DNA from: Nymphaea colorata
Lineage: Eukaryota
DNA length: 64,000 nucleotides
Direction: 5' to 3'
Assembly (NCBI RefSeq): GCF_008831285.2
Contig: NC_045138.2
Coordinates: 30,442,001-30,506,000, forward strand
A program made the translations under genes and the position numbers. The first letter of the stretch is position 1; each line of letters begins with the position of its first letter. The notes beneath the pieces are model-generated. The model was not told the origin of the DNA. It ran no database searches and saw only the letters and a program-made list of their open reading frames with translations. This document shows positions 50,914 to 64,000 of this stretch, piece by piece.

Positions 50914-51446
50914 CATTTCTTCTTGAATTGTACATTTTTTTCTTCTTTTTCTTCTACTTCTCTCTTGCTCTCACATACACAGCCACATATGGGTTGATGT
51001 GGGCTGTTGCCTACTCCAGCCCTATAAAAAAAATTATTTTCATATTAGTTCCTTTAGTAGTTTGCTTATTTTTATGTAGTAGTGCCCCTTTCAAATTAGT
51101 GCCACTTCAGACAAAATTTCTGGCTCTGCCGTTGACACGTGGTTACATTCAAAAGGAAGTAGACTATCTCCATGCTCAGATGAAATCTGTTACAGTTTCA
51201 ACGTCTGTATATATGACAACTGTGAGTTTACATTTCAAATTTCTGTAACATAAAAAAAGACTCAATAGTTTGCATCTGAAATTTGTGGATGTTGGTATGG
51301 TTACAGCACGATTATTAACGTTGCTTCTACATGACCTTGGCTGGTTGTAGGATGAATTTCAGATTCAAAATCTTGCATATATGTAGTGATGTACAAGACA
51401 TGCACTATTATCTAAGTGACGTCCTCAAGAAGTTGCTAGTGGATTG

Positions 51447-51515
<69 letters not shown>

Positions 51516-51700
51516 TGTTGATCTTTCCAAAATGGAAAGCTGAGAGAGACTTAAGGAGAAAGAGAAGATATGATATTTTAGATGTTTAGCATTAATTAAC
51601 AAATTTTCTCTTTGATTTCTTTCAGCCCTATGTCCTCGAAAAATCAACGGTCAAGATGATTCCTTACAGGTCATATACCTAAGGGTTGCATATCTACTAA

Positions 51701-51738
<38 letters not shown>

Positions 51739-53811
51739 CAATTCTCATCCCATGAGTGTGAACTTGATTGATATCAGAAACTTTAATTAAATGTCTTGTA
51801 TTGGACGCAAAAATTAAAGACAACAGCAGTCTAAAAAAGTATCAGATTATGTTCACAGGCTACAAAAACTTATTTACACATCTGCACTTGTCCATAGTGT
51901 CCAAGAGAATATTGTTGGTTTTTGGTTTTTGAGGCACCATGATCACAGGTCTCCATGCTTTGAAATTTGGAAACGAGGGGAATGACTGAAAGATGGTGAG
52001 TCATGAAAATCATGCGCAATATTGTTTACAGTGCACCTGATTTTCAGCGGACATGCATTCTTAGCCTCATCTGGGAAGACATGAATTGCAGTAGAAAACC
52101 ACCAGTGAAATTGTTGTGTAGCTCAAGGTTTGTCCTTGCAAGGAAAAATTATTTTACTTTGTAGTTGCATTACCATGGTGGTTCTTATTTTTAGCGATTG
52201 CATGGAGATTATTCTACACCAACATATTTTTTTCATTAATCAACAGGTCCGGCCCCTAACAGATAAAGCAACCATAACGAGGTTAATTTCTGCTTCTACT
52301 CCAAAATATATTCAACATAATGCGAATAGCATGTATATATTGAATAAGTGAAGGATCTGTTATGTCCTTCGAAAGAGAATAAAGGGCTAGGGTGGATTGT
52401 TCAAGGATTGGTGTTGAACAAAAAGTTTATCCACCATCTCCATTCAACTTCATTAATTCGATCTTCAGTGGAAGTGGCACTCTTCTCTCCAGGTATATAT
52501 TCATGAACCCATCAAATGTAAAGAAGAAACATGAAATATTTTCCTGAGTTTCTTTCCTCCTATCCTATAGTTACTGACCATAGGCAGTCAATTTCTGTGG
52601 CTTTAGCTCACTGTCAAGAATCTGAAAGGCTCAAATCATGTTATTCTGGAGAAGAACATCTCTCCTAAAATACTTTTGGACAATATCATTGCATGGCCAG
52701 AAAGATTTGATTAGCGTGACCCCTGTGTACAACGAGATATGAGATGCCAGAAGTCATTTACAGCTTTGGAAGGATGTTGTAGCTAAAAGTTCAGTGTGGA
52801 AGCGCTGATCATAGCATTAATTCATGCATGCTTCAAGAAAGATGAAAGGCATGTGTTCTTTCTGATCATGAACGGTTCATGCTTCAAAACTTCTACGAAA
52901 AATACTTGGTTTGGGCGGGAGATGAAGGGCATTCTCTGGATATCAAAAGGAAATCTTTCAAATATTGGAAAACGTGCAAGAATAACTGTTGAAGAATTGT
53001 ACGTTCTCTTGAAATCTACACTCTTTTTTGGTTGAAAAGTTACGAACGCACAAGAACTTTTGAAAAAATTGTACTTTCTCTCTTGAAAACGATGCTTTAA
53101 CTGCATAAACTTTGAAACTTAATTCTGTGCATTCTTATTTTACTTTTCCATCTATCAGTACTTGCTTCTGTTTAATTGTGTGAGCCTCACAAAATTTTTT
53201 AAGCCCCTTAATTGTCATTTCTATTCAAATGTTTCTTCCACTACCAATTTCCTCCTCGAGCAAGCCACAAGGCCAACGTTTGAGCGTCCACAAACGTGTG
53301 TTCTCATGCATGCACGTGTGTCCAGGGGGTTAGAATAGGTGTGCCAACATATACATACATATAGAGGAATTGAAATCACATATCAAGAACTGAAATCAGT
53401 TGTATATCTTTCTGACCGGATGTTTTTTTTTTTCATTTTGTGTCGTTAAAAATAGTCACAAAAGATGCACTGCGGATAATCAGTTGTTTGACTCCGGTCT
53501 TTAGCAATGAAGTACACCTTTTGCAATGTTTTTAAGTGACATAAAATAGAAAACAACGTCCCTCCAGCCACAAAAGTAATCAGATTATTTTATTTTTTTC
53601 TATATATAGATATATATAGGAAAATTGGAATCAGTCGGCTACCTCTATGACCGAATGATGAATTTTTTATATTTTGTGTCGCTAAAATTCATCACAAACA
53701 GTGCATTTTGTCACCAAAAACTGTGATCAAGAATTTGGTCGTTGCAAGCAATACAATGTAAAAAAAATAACTATATAGCTACAGAGGTAGTTGGCTTATA
53801 TATATATATAT

Positions 53812-53858
<47 letters not shown>

Positions 53859-54664
53859 GTCCGTAGTCCAATCAAATATTTCAAGTGCTTCCTACTCCAG
53901 TCATAACATAGTAACATCTGTCCATTATCGGTTTCCCAATTAAAAGCTGCAGGGTCCAGTCCACCCAATGCAGAGCGTTTTTATGAGAAGAAAAGTATTG
54001 ATACTCACTTGGAGCACTAGATCTCATCTCCTACAGTGATATTTGGTCTTCCTTTATTAAGTGCACCAAATCCAATCTGGATCTGATATACAATGTATTT
54101 ACCTTATTCAAATGCACGGTCTGCAGATTTGCGCCTGGCCTACTTACCAGGATACTAAAGTATAAATATTTAATTAGTGTTGCTAACATCATCTGCAAGA
54201 AAGTTGAAGAATCCTTGTGGTCACAACCTCTGGGTGCGTTTAAGATTTAAAATTGATATTGCTTTTGCAACAAAGTAGTGAGCGCGAACCTTTTCTGTTC
54301 TGTGGTAAATCTCCTACCTAACAATTAAGCCTTGGATTTCATTAAACGCGTGGTCTTCATTGATATTCTCCCAGTTATTATATACATAATATTTCGTTAC
54401 AGATGAAGGAGATTGATGAGCATGCGCAACACGAGATATGCTTCATTGTTCACATGCGTTTTACTGTAAACGATGTCTTCATTAATATTCTCCAAGCAAT
54501 TTCCCGCTGGTAGTAGCTATTGATTCGCCATATATAGAAGGAATTAACTCTTCAATCTAAATACCTTTTAGCATAACGTGGAGGAGCAAGGAAGGAGGTA
54601 TGATTTAAGGACCAGCTAATTCTTATTAAATCCTTCAATCCTAAAGGCATTACTGTACATTAGG

Positions 54665-54843
54665 CAGTGGCGGAGCCCAATGATGACTGGTATGGGCAAC
54701 TGCCCACAACAGCTTCACAAAGTTTACTTGTTTTTACATTAACAATTTGATATATTTTAGTGTTTATATATATAGGTGCCCCTAAAAGCATAAAACTTAT
54801 TGAATTAGTGCCCACACCAGTCAAAATTTCTGGCTCTGCTATG
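54665..54843. mobile_element. hAT-type MITE (CAGTGGCGGAGCCA family)
   Basis: Left end CAGTGGCGGAGCC, right end CTGGCTCTGCTATG. Internal GGGCAACTGCCCAC motif shared with the 23409 and 29408 copies. Another partial copy at about 50980-51134. Confidence 0.65.
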
Positions 54844-57047
54844 AGGTCCTGAACTTTATTCTCAAACAATGTGAATCAATGACCAATCTTATTATATCTT
54901 TTTCCTTCTCTGAATTTTGAAAGGGAATTAAGAACCATGCACATGTTGAACAGCTAATATTTATACGATCGTAATCTCTTCTTTATATTGCAGTAGTTCA
55001 TCATGTTTGCCTGGACACACTCACCATCAGTGGAATCTCCAATGACTCAGGCCTCCAATGTCTCAAAGGAAAGTCTGTGAAGACGGTATACAGTACAAAG
55101 TGCGCTTATAAGAAGGGAAAAAGTATTTGAATAGTAGTACTGGATTTGTCCTGTCGCAACAATGTGGCAGATGTTGAGTAGAATTTTAATCCATCCATGC
55201 GGGGTCGTTTGGGAACAACAACATTGCGTTACTGTCCCATGCATCTAACCCAAAAAATTGGTTGGATTGATTGGACACTTTAGAAAGTCTTTTATGAATC
55301 TACTCCATTTTTTGAGTAAATGCATGGACTAGTAAGATATTAAGATACTGTTAATATTGTCCCCAAACAGCCCCTAAATAGCAGGCTACATTTGAATTTG
55401 TGTAGTTCTTTTTCATAATTCTTTATTCCTATCCTGTCTTTGGGGTTATTTGTCTCTTCATTGATTGTAAATCTTGTTGGTGGACAAAGAGAACCAGCTG
55501 CAGCCTTGTGGACGTGGACAAACCGAGTCCGTTCGATTCTGGTGGGGCACAGTGGGGGCACCTTATGCTGGTTTCAACGTGTATAGGCTTTCCACCATCA
55601 TCTCTTTGTTTCTTTTAGGAACATCTTGCATGCTTACTGCTCTCTCTTTCTCTCTGCATGTACTATAATATGTTCCTAAGAAATTCTGTAGGGTCATTAG
55701 TCACATGATTTTATGGGGAAAAAAAGGGGAATAGAGCATCTTATACTAAAACTTTTCCATTTTTTAAGTGTTGGGTATGTAAAAATACCCCCCCAAAAAA
55801 AACTCTCTTTGAAACCCCCCACCACCCCCCCACCCCAGGAAAAAAAAAAAAAGAAACTAAATATATAGTTTATACATAAAAGGACTTCCCTATGAAGACA
55901 AGATAAAATGCTTTAGAAATCTTTTTTGTCTGTGAGGGATGACGCGGTGGCTTGAGAGGAGGTGAGTTGGACCCCATACATGCAGCATCCTCGCAAGCCA
56001 TTATATTCACCGAATGGAGTACTTGTGCTCATTGTTTGAGTCAAGCCATTATATTATAGTGGTGTGCTTGTCGACAGACAAATGGATAATTAAAGCTGTG
56101 AATATTTTTTGAATTGCAATTCCGAACATGTGTGTAGCTGTCTATGGAAGGGGCCGTCTTTTTAAGTTGACTTAAACGATGTTCGTAAAATTTCTTTCTT
56201 AATGGAAATTATCAAACATGTACTGATGAATTATTTTATAGAGTCAACTACTTATTTCATAATATTTGAATAATGGGCAATTGTTTTTTTCTTAAATACT
56301 TCGAATATTGAGTGACTGTTTGCATACTTCTCCAAAAGTTTCAAAGTTAGTAAATTTACAGATTGAGTTTTTTATTTTATTTTATACATTTAATTGTTGT
56401 GCTTCTTTTTGTGCAGATTGATTTTATGTAAAAAAAACGCTTAACAATGTTAGGGGTCAAACTCATTGGTAAGCAATCTAAAAGATTCTACACACACACA
56501 CTTAAGATTTTAGATCCAACCCCTTAAAACGATTGCACTTTCTACATGTTATCTTCAATGAAAATCCGAAGCTAATCCGAGTAACCATTTTTCCATTTAA
56601 CACATATCCTGCTGATGGTATGGTCAGATATTTTTTTGCCCTAGACCCAGTTGAACATGTTCATGGAGAGACCATCATCAAGTTGGTTTCTGTTTAATCA
56701 AGCTTTCTCTTTCTACTGTCGATTCTCTTGGAAAAACATACAAAACGCATCTTAATGTTACCCTACGATGCTGTTTTATCAGTCAGGAAACTGTGCCTGT
56801 GGCTGTCAGCTATTCTCTTTAGAATTATGACGGGCACCGGCAGCGTAACAAAAAAGCTTTTAGAGATGCCCCATGCATTTAATCCATGATCGTAATGCTG
56901 TGGCATATCAGCACTTGTTCCAACGGAAGTTGGCAAGCTACCCAACACCATATAAGACAAATTAATCAATTAAAACAAGTCACAGTACCTTCATCAAGAA
57001 AAATTAACCTGAATCTTGAGATAACTCCTTGACATGAACCTTGAATT

Positions 57048-57106
<59 letters not shown>

Positions 57107-57245
57107 TTCTTTGATATATGTACAAGAGCTGTTAAGATAAAAGCCCACAATAAAAAGGCTTCAAAATCATTGACATGCTATTTTAACTTGGTAAGCAACA
57201 TGAAGCAACATCATTTACCATATAAAGACAAAGGTAAAGAAAAGT

Positions 57246-60200
57246 CTAAAGGTTGAGATATGTCCTCATAAGAGTTGCTCCACTTGGATCTGACAAGAGA
57301 TGTCTTATAAGAAGCTTTCTCATACCATTTGGCGCAATCACGAACATATATAAAGCAAACCATACAAGATCAATGGATGAAAGCTTGGAACCAAGGAATC
57401 CTTTCCATAACCTGCAATGTCCGTGAACTTAGGATCACTCGAGTATTCACAAGTCAGGGTCAAGCAGCAGAAACAAATTTTGGGAAGCATATCTATACAC
57501 CTAAACAAGGGAAAACTGAAAGATCCTCATGACATACTTATATCCATGATAATGATTATAATCCAAATATCATTTTTCCATTTTTCTATTCTACTTCCCA
57601 TCCACATCCACAACTGGTGAAAAGAAGGTACGAGACAACAACTTACCAAGCAAAAGGCAGCCCAAGCTTGCCTGGTCCCAGGAGGCAGGAACTACAGAAG
57701 CTTAGATCAAGAATCGTAATTCATTTGGAAAGTTAAAGCAAGTGAACTGGTTTCTCTTTTAACTTGCAAAGCTTATGATGACAATTATGAATAAATTGGA
57801 TGTCTATTGCGATTGATCCTTATATTCTATGTACACATTTATTAGAAGTATGTATTTTGAACATCTATGTAGCGATAAGTGAACGAGAGTAGGTTCCTCC
57901 TAATGAAAAGAGGACATTGGCCTCTTCAATTTCGCAATTTTCACATGTTTTGCACTCACAACATGAATGGATATTTTTTAGGAAGGGACAACTAAATAAT
58001 CCATTTACAATGTATAATTATGTATAAACAGCAGACAAATTATGCATGTTTTGAAGTCTTGAAAGATCCTATGGTTCATCAAGGAAACATGATCTATGGG
58101 TTCATTCCTAGCAAAAGGATAATATATGTATCCATAGGGTCTGAGCTGGCAATCCACAGTAAAAAATGAAGAAATCCAAACTATTTGCAACAGTGTGCAA
58201 ATATTACATAAATCCATGTCATTGTCACAGACATTGCATTATTTTTGAAAGAATAGCAAAATTCAAGAGAAAAATGAAAAAATGTGTTTTATTTTAACAT
58301 TAAAATAAATTTATCACGGTTTTCCCTTTTTTCCCATTTTTTCTGTTTTTGTCATTTTTTACATCAATATAATCATGAATTCGAATTTAAACTTGGTTGA
58401 AGTTATTTATCAACATTTTTATCATCAATAAAGCTTGTCACTTTATCTAGTTTTTTAGTGTCTTTGTAATTCATTTTCCTGAGATTTTCCTGAGGAAAAT
58501 TGGCCTAAAAATACATGAGAACATCCTTGTCGTAGAAAACCTGAGAACAATCTTTGTGACAATAGTATATACATGCATACATAGACAAGTACATATATTC
58601 ATAATTGTGCATGTGTGTGTGTGTGTCCCTCTCAACCTTAGTGCCCAAGGTTTTTTTTCTTAATTTTCAAGTGATACTATTTTCACGTCTGACATGTAAA
58701 TAAATGTATCGCCTAACAAACTAGTAAGTAACATGGGGAGACATGCACAGGGCTGCCAGCTTGTGTATATGTAAGGTGAAAGTGAAGCTAGAGCAGAACA
58801 TACTATAGACACTACACATTAAGTTGCATTTGATGCTAAATAATAGTGTATGCCAAAGAGATCTTTCCTTCTATTCCTTGCTACATACTTGAGTGAAAAT
58901 ATAGGAAGCAAGAAGTTTCAGCAATACCATTCAGGTAACCGGAAGAAAGTGTCGAAGAATTCTCTGACTCCATTGACATCAAACTGCAAAATCAATTCTA
59001 ACCCAAAAAGGAAAAACGCTCTCTGGCGCTTTCTCTCCTGAGGCCAAAGAGCTTCCCATGCTGAAACAAATAAAAATCCTTGTTATAGTTAGGTGAACAA
59101 CCATTTTCCATACCAATAAAATGTTAAATCCATGCAATTTACCAGGAATAAGGTATTTTGGCCAACATCCAACGTAACAGCTCACTATCAATACCAAATG
59201 GACAAATATCTAAGGACAGTTCAAAAAAAAGAAAAACACTCTAACCCTTCATTCATAGTTCCCTAATGTTTCTTTCAAGCAGCCATATATTTCCACTTTT
59301 TACCTCATGCTCATCCACATTTTACTGGATGAGGAAAGCTGTCGTACCTTTCAGATAAGACCATGTGTGGTTCTTCCTGTACGGAACTTGGACTTGACAA
59401 GACACCTAAAGCGACGAGGCAAGTCCACATCCACACTTTTTGGATACTGACTCTAGATTAGGTAGCTAAGACTCTAATAATATCCATTGTCCAATTTGTC
59501 TTAGAGACAACATATTGTGCCTTAGGATACAATGTTTGAAAGGATACATAGATAGACCATAAGAGAGTAGAGTATTAACTATTAAGTATCAGGAGGTTTT
59601 AATGAAATGAATTTTCGTATAAAGGTCACTCATGAATAAAAAACCATGCAAGAATAATTTCAAAAGAAAACTGGAGACAATCTAGCCATGGAGGATGGTT
59701 CTTTGCCTCAGTGTTCTTATGGCTAACAGTCATCAAGTGAGTGAAGTAGTCATATTAAGTGTCCAGGGTCATCAAGCAAAGAAAGACAAGGAAAATGTCG
59801 ATTCAGCCAACATGGGGACTTTTAAAAAGGACAGAGAAGTGAATCTTCCAGAGATTACAGGACATAGCAACATTACATGAAAGGTTCAACTAGAAGCAAT
59901 TCTTGAACAATGACACCAATAGACTCAGATAGTGATGGGTGCATCACTATTGATATTTGACATGTGACATCAAATGTTTATCATAATGCTTGAAAAAGAT
60001 GAGGACGTTGTTTCACTTCTAAGTGATGCAGCAATGAAAATAAACTCTTTCACTTTATTTTTGTGATCCCAGAGAAGTTGTTGATATGCTAAAAGGTAAA
60101 ACTTTTGGGTACAGATGAGCATTTAGCCATTTACAATGGTGGTTCAAGTATTGAAAGCACATTTGAAATGAAACACCCTTATAGTATGTAATAGATTACC

Positions 60201-62357
60201 ATCAAACTTCTATCAGTTATGAAGATGGAATCATGGAAGACATGATTGGCACTCCAAATCATATGATTTTGTTTCCCATTAGATGGACATAGAAGCAAAT
60301 TGTCAAAAACCAGATAGATATGCCATTCACTTGAACCATTAAACTTATGCACTGGTAGATCAATCAAATGCCTTTGATAATTAGACGTGATGAAGCTAAT
60401 CAGTCCTATCTAGCATTAAAAGATGTCCACTTAGTGACCAATACTTAACAAGGGAGAAACAGAAGAAGAAAAGATCGAGACAGGATTTTCAAAATGAAGA
60501 TCAAGTGGCGCATGCTCAATATACAGACAAAGCATCGTCCAATCTTGCAAGCAACCCATTCACTAAAAGCCATCCAATCTCAAGAGGCAATAAAACTATA
60601 ATTGAAGTGGGGGTAGTGGTTTACAATTTTTGCAGCAACTTGTAACACTCATATAACATTTAAGGCATTATTAGAACCATCTACAGGTAGAAAGTAATTT
60701 CCTGTAAAAGGTGCCCCTTACTTTAAAGGACACAGAATGTCAAGAAAAGTGCAAGTGCACAACAATGTGAAGCTCAGTCATGGAGGTTTCTTTAGAGAAG
60801 ATACTATAAGGATAGTTTTGACAAGATAAAAAGCTTCCCCAACAAAATGCAATGTGTCAATCAATGCATCTACAAGGCAATAAGTGCCCTATTGTCGCAT
60901 TTACAAGAACAAGTACAAAGCAAAGATCCAAATATCAAGTTGAATGTACGGCATTAAAGAAAAGAAGAAGAAACTTAAACAAAAAAAACTGGTATGTGAA
61001 AGTACAGTAGTGGTTATTATCGCCCACACTGCTCTCAAGGGAAATAAAGGGGGGAGAAGGCATTATTACGGATTAGGCATTGAGAAGATTATAGGAAACC
61101 AGCAAGAAGCTTAGAAGGAATTTAAAAAACAACGGCCATAGAAAAAGGGAGGAAAAAAGAGGTGTAAGCAGTTGTAGAAGTGCTGAGACCTAGGACTAAG
61201 AGATGAAGAAGTATGACACGTGAAAAGTCCTGATCTATTTGAGACAAGGTCTGAATCATGATAGAAAATGTAAACTTGCATAACATTGTGATTTTGCTAG
61301 AACTATTATAGTAAGGGTACCATAGGAAAAACTACATGCTGTGTCCACGGTGTACGGGAATAGAAGAACCTAAAACCTACTAAAGGACATTGGACAGAGA
61401 TAATATTCAGCAAGTAAAGAGGAAATTACGAGTCTACAAGTGTGAGAACTATCTTATGCTTCCACAAACACTTCTATTAGCCATGCATTTTGCAAAAATT
61501 ATTGGCTGCTGTTAAACTTTTCTCAAAGAAGAGAAACAAAAAGAAATGCTAAAAACAGTCTAAAGCCCAAAGCTGCATATTTGCATGAAGCATGAAAGGA
61601 ATTACACTGCTTAATAAAGTATCAAATTTTTAGAGGAAAATCAATACCTTGTAAGGAAATATTCTTGGTAGCACCATAAGGAAATACTTTTGGAGACTGG
61701 ATGCTACATTTCAACATTCTTGCAATTGTAGAAGCATAATTTGGTGCTTCTGACAAAGAGCGGACAACAGAGTAACCTGCTTGACATGTAAAGTGAAAAA
61801 TTTGAGCCATGAATAACCTACATCAGATGGAAAGCTAAGACTCTTTAGATTTACCTGTGGCAGGATGAACCATGCTAGCTGCAGCACCAAACGCAAGGTT
61901 CTTCTGTGCAGTGTTTGGCAATGATCCTCCAACAGGAATGTAAGACCATTCCTGGAAGTGTCAAACGAATGATTGGGATCAATAACGAATGAAAATTTTC
62001 ACAAATATTTCTACGAAAAAGATGCTGTAGAAAGATATTCTGACAAGTAAATCCATGGCTAACTTTCCAAATCATACTATTTACTAGAGTTAGTGTAGGT
62101 GAGATATTCACACAGTCAAAGAACAAAATACAAACGGAAAACTACATACGCATGTTTGTGCTTTATGTGCATGTTATTAACATTAGACTGGTGTCAGCTT
62201 TTCACACAGGCATAAATTATCTGTCATGTTGGAACTTAAAAATTTAGATAGCTTTTTTTTAGAATTAGATAAACTGACAGATTAAATCAGCAAAACCCTT
62301 TTCACATACCCAGGACCTTACCTCTTGTTTCTCATACTACATATATGTATACGTGTA

Positions 62358-62455
<98 letters not shown>

Positions 62456-62610
62456 GGCTCAACCAGTCCCATTATGGGACTGTTTTTCCAATCTGTTTTC
62501 CTCTCTCACTACTTCCCCTACTTTTTCCTCCCACCCTCCTCTTCTTTTATTCTGTTTTCCTTTTTCACAACGAACTTCTCTACCACAGAATCGAGGAATC
62601 TTAAGGAGAG

Positions 62611-62672
<62 letters not shown>

Positions 62673-63481
62673 ACAGAGCTACAGCCTTGAAAAATGTATC
62701 AGCCGAGCAGCCAGTGACCTGTAAAAACATAAGACAGACGCCATGAGAGAGAGAGGATTTGTGACCCAACCAATTTTTTCTGGCCATCTGGCACCATCCA
62801 GCTGGTTCAACCCATGCAGGTCTTTCCAATCTGAATTCATAGTTGAGCTCCAATGGACCAATTCTATAGTCGAATGCCTGAAATGTATTTATTGCCCTCA
62901 GTTCTTTTTATCAACTTGAAACTGTTGATTTTAGACCCTCATAAACTTCAGGTCGTGCATCAGATTTTGTCAGTTTTTTCTCATTCCTATAAAAATTGAA
63001 TATCTGAGCTCATCAATGAAGTCATATTGAAGAAACAGCAACAGAATCCAGCTGAACCAGCCATATAATTGGCCAAATTCACCCATCATATATATACCTG
63101 TGCAAGGGAAAGAGAGTTTCTCAAACTTGAAATGGATAAGTAAGTCACCTCCTCATAAACTTTAACAATGCGAACTCCCATGGTTTCCAAGCGTGTCATT
63201 AATCTTTTCTTCAGTATGTCAAATGGCATGGTAGGTCTTGCTGCTAAACAGGTTTCCTGCAATTAATCAGTTCATTCTAGTGATACATCAAGACCATACC
63301 ACGTAGGTCTACAGTAAGCAAAAGTATGTAAACAGACCTCGAAAAAAACTCTTGTTGGTGACAATGGCATGGCATAAAGAAATGATGGAACCTCAGACCC
63401 AATGGTTTTATCCTTTTTCTTGACATAATCTCTATAGTCCATGAAAACCATCACATTGGGATCATACGGATTGTTTTCTAC
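57246..63481 (-). CDS. LCYE: Lycopene epsilon-cyclase, last six exons (5' part outside the window)
   Basis: Phase-consistent exons: 63481-63338, 63256-63149, 61951-61855, 61776-61648, 59060-58928, 57411-57246. Motifs: VENNPYDP..MVFMDYRDY, FLYAMP, FFEETCLA, EEEWSYIPVGGSLP, LAFGAAASMVHPATGYSV, LWPQERKRQRAFFLFG, FFRLPEWLWKGFLGS, HLLSDPSGATLMRTYL. The intron-rich structure and these motifs indicate epsilon rather than beta cyclase. Confidence 0.96.
58219..58565. mobile_element. MITE in the last LCYE intron
   Basis: Left end TCATTGTCACAGACATT versus reverse complement of the right end CTATTGTCACAAAGATT. AT-rich core. No TSD found. Confidence 0.5.
59600..60000 (-). mobile_element. Highly decayed L1-type LINE endonuclease remnant in an LCYE intron
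   Basis: Minus-strand fragments INSDAP, SGRFTS, *IDIFLV and FSFEIILAW occur in the order of L1 APE motifs (NVYAP, G.FTW, SRIDRFLV, FRFEN.W), with stops and frameshifts. Confidence 0.4.
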
Positions 63482-64000
63482 CTGAAATTAGAAAAAACAA
63501 CATGAAATATCTACCATTGAACTTGCTACGAGGTTTCAAGTGAATTAGAAGGAACGGGGTATCAAAACCAGTGGTGACATTTTGTAACAGTAATATAATA
63601 TGTTGGCAGAACAACATGAAGCACCATCTCCAACAGAAACTCCATTACAAGCTGCTGGTAAAGATGATCGAGCACTTTAAATATCTCTAACTATCCTATA
63701 CTCCAGATAGTAAAACAATGGTGGTACAGACAAGACAAACTGCAACCCACATAAAATGATTTTAAGCACGACGGGGATATATGTAGAGAACACCAAACAA
63801 GGGATAAGCATGTGGCCTTGCCTGACCTTTAGATTTGATTAAACGATTAAATATCTCATAAATAAACATTTTTGTTCAATACAATGGATATCTTAGAAAT
63901 CCTTAACTGCTCATGTTTTGTGCTTTTGATGCATGTCCACGTTTTTGTTTGAGCCTTTCAACATAAACATTTTATTAAATTGAAGAATGCACTACCTTAC

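Noticed and set aside
62325..62853. ORFs rich in SLSL/YIYI
   Set aside because: These are translations of (CT)n/(TA)n microsatellites; the same applies at about 14.7, 16.0, 19.5, 24.2, 51.5 and 57.1 kb.

Overview
Eukaryotic (angiosperm) nuclear DNA: AT-rich intergenic sequence, many (TA)n/(GA)n microsatellites and GT-AG spliced genes. There are no prokaryotic features such as CRISPR arrays or operons. Genes supported, left to right: (1) first coding exon of an NSR/RBP1-type RNA-binding protein gene (minus, runs off the left edge); (2) a poorly resolved, probably decayed plus-strand locus at about 3.7-9.7 kb; (3) an intronless, GC-rich domesticated PIF/Harbinger transposase gene (ALP1-like, At5g12010 type; minus, 10445-11904) split by a single 1-nt frameshift at about 11101-11107; (4) a 9-exon USP-domain/coiled-coil/Ser-Thr kinase gene (PUB35/52-like, no U-box seen; minus, 25546-31336); (5) head-to-head with it, a 6-exon LYAR-type zinc-finger nucleolar protein gene (plus, 32517-37496); (6) a MIR156 hairpin (plus, about 45920-46017); (7) the last six exons of lycopene epsilon-cyclase (minus, 57246-63481, 5' end outside the window). 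Intergenic DNA and introns hold many short non-autonomous hAT-type and Tourist-type MITEs, several with clear TIRs and TSDs, plus decayed LINE remnants. The most interesting leads are the Harbinger-gene frameshift on a formal X_XXY_YYZ heptamer (most likely an assembly error), its CGCG/RSRE-rich promoter, and a second hairpin with a miR535/156-complementary arm about 520 nt downstream of MIR156. All family assignments come from recalled motifs; no database search was run.
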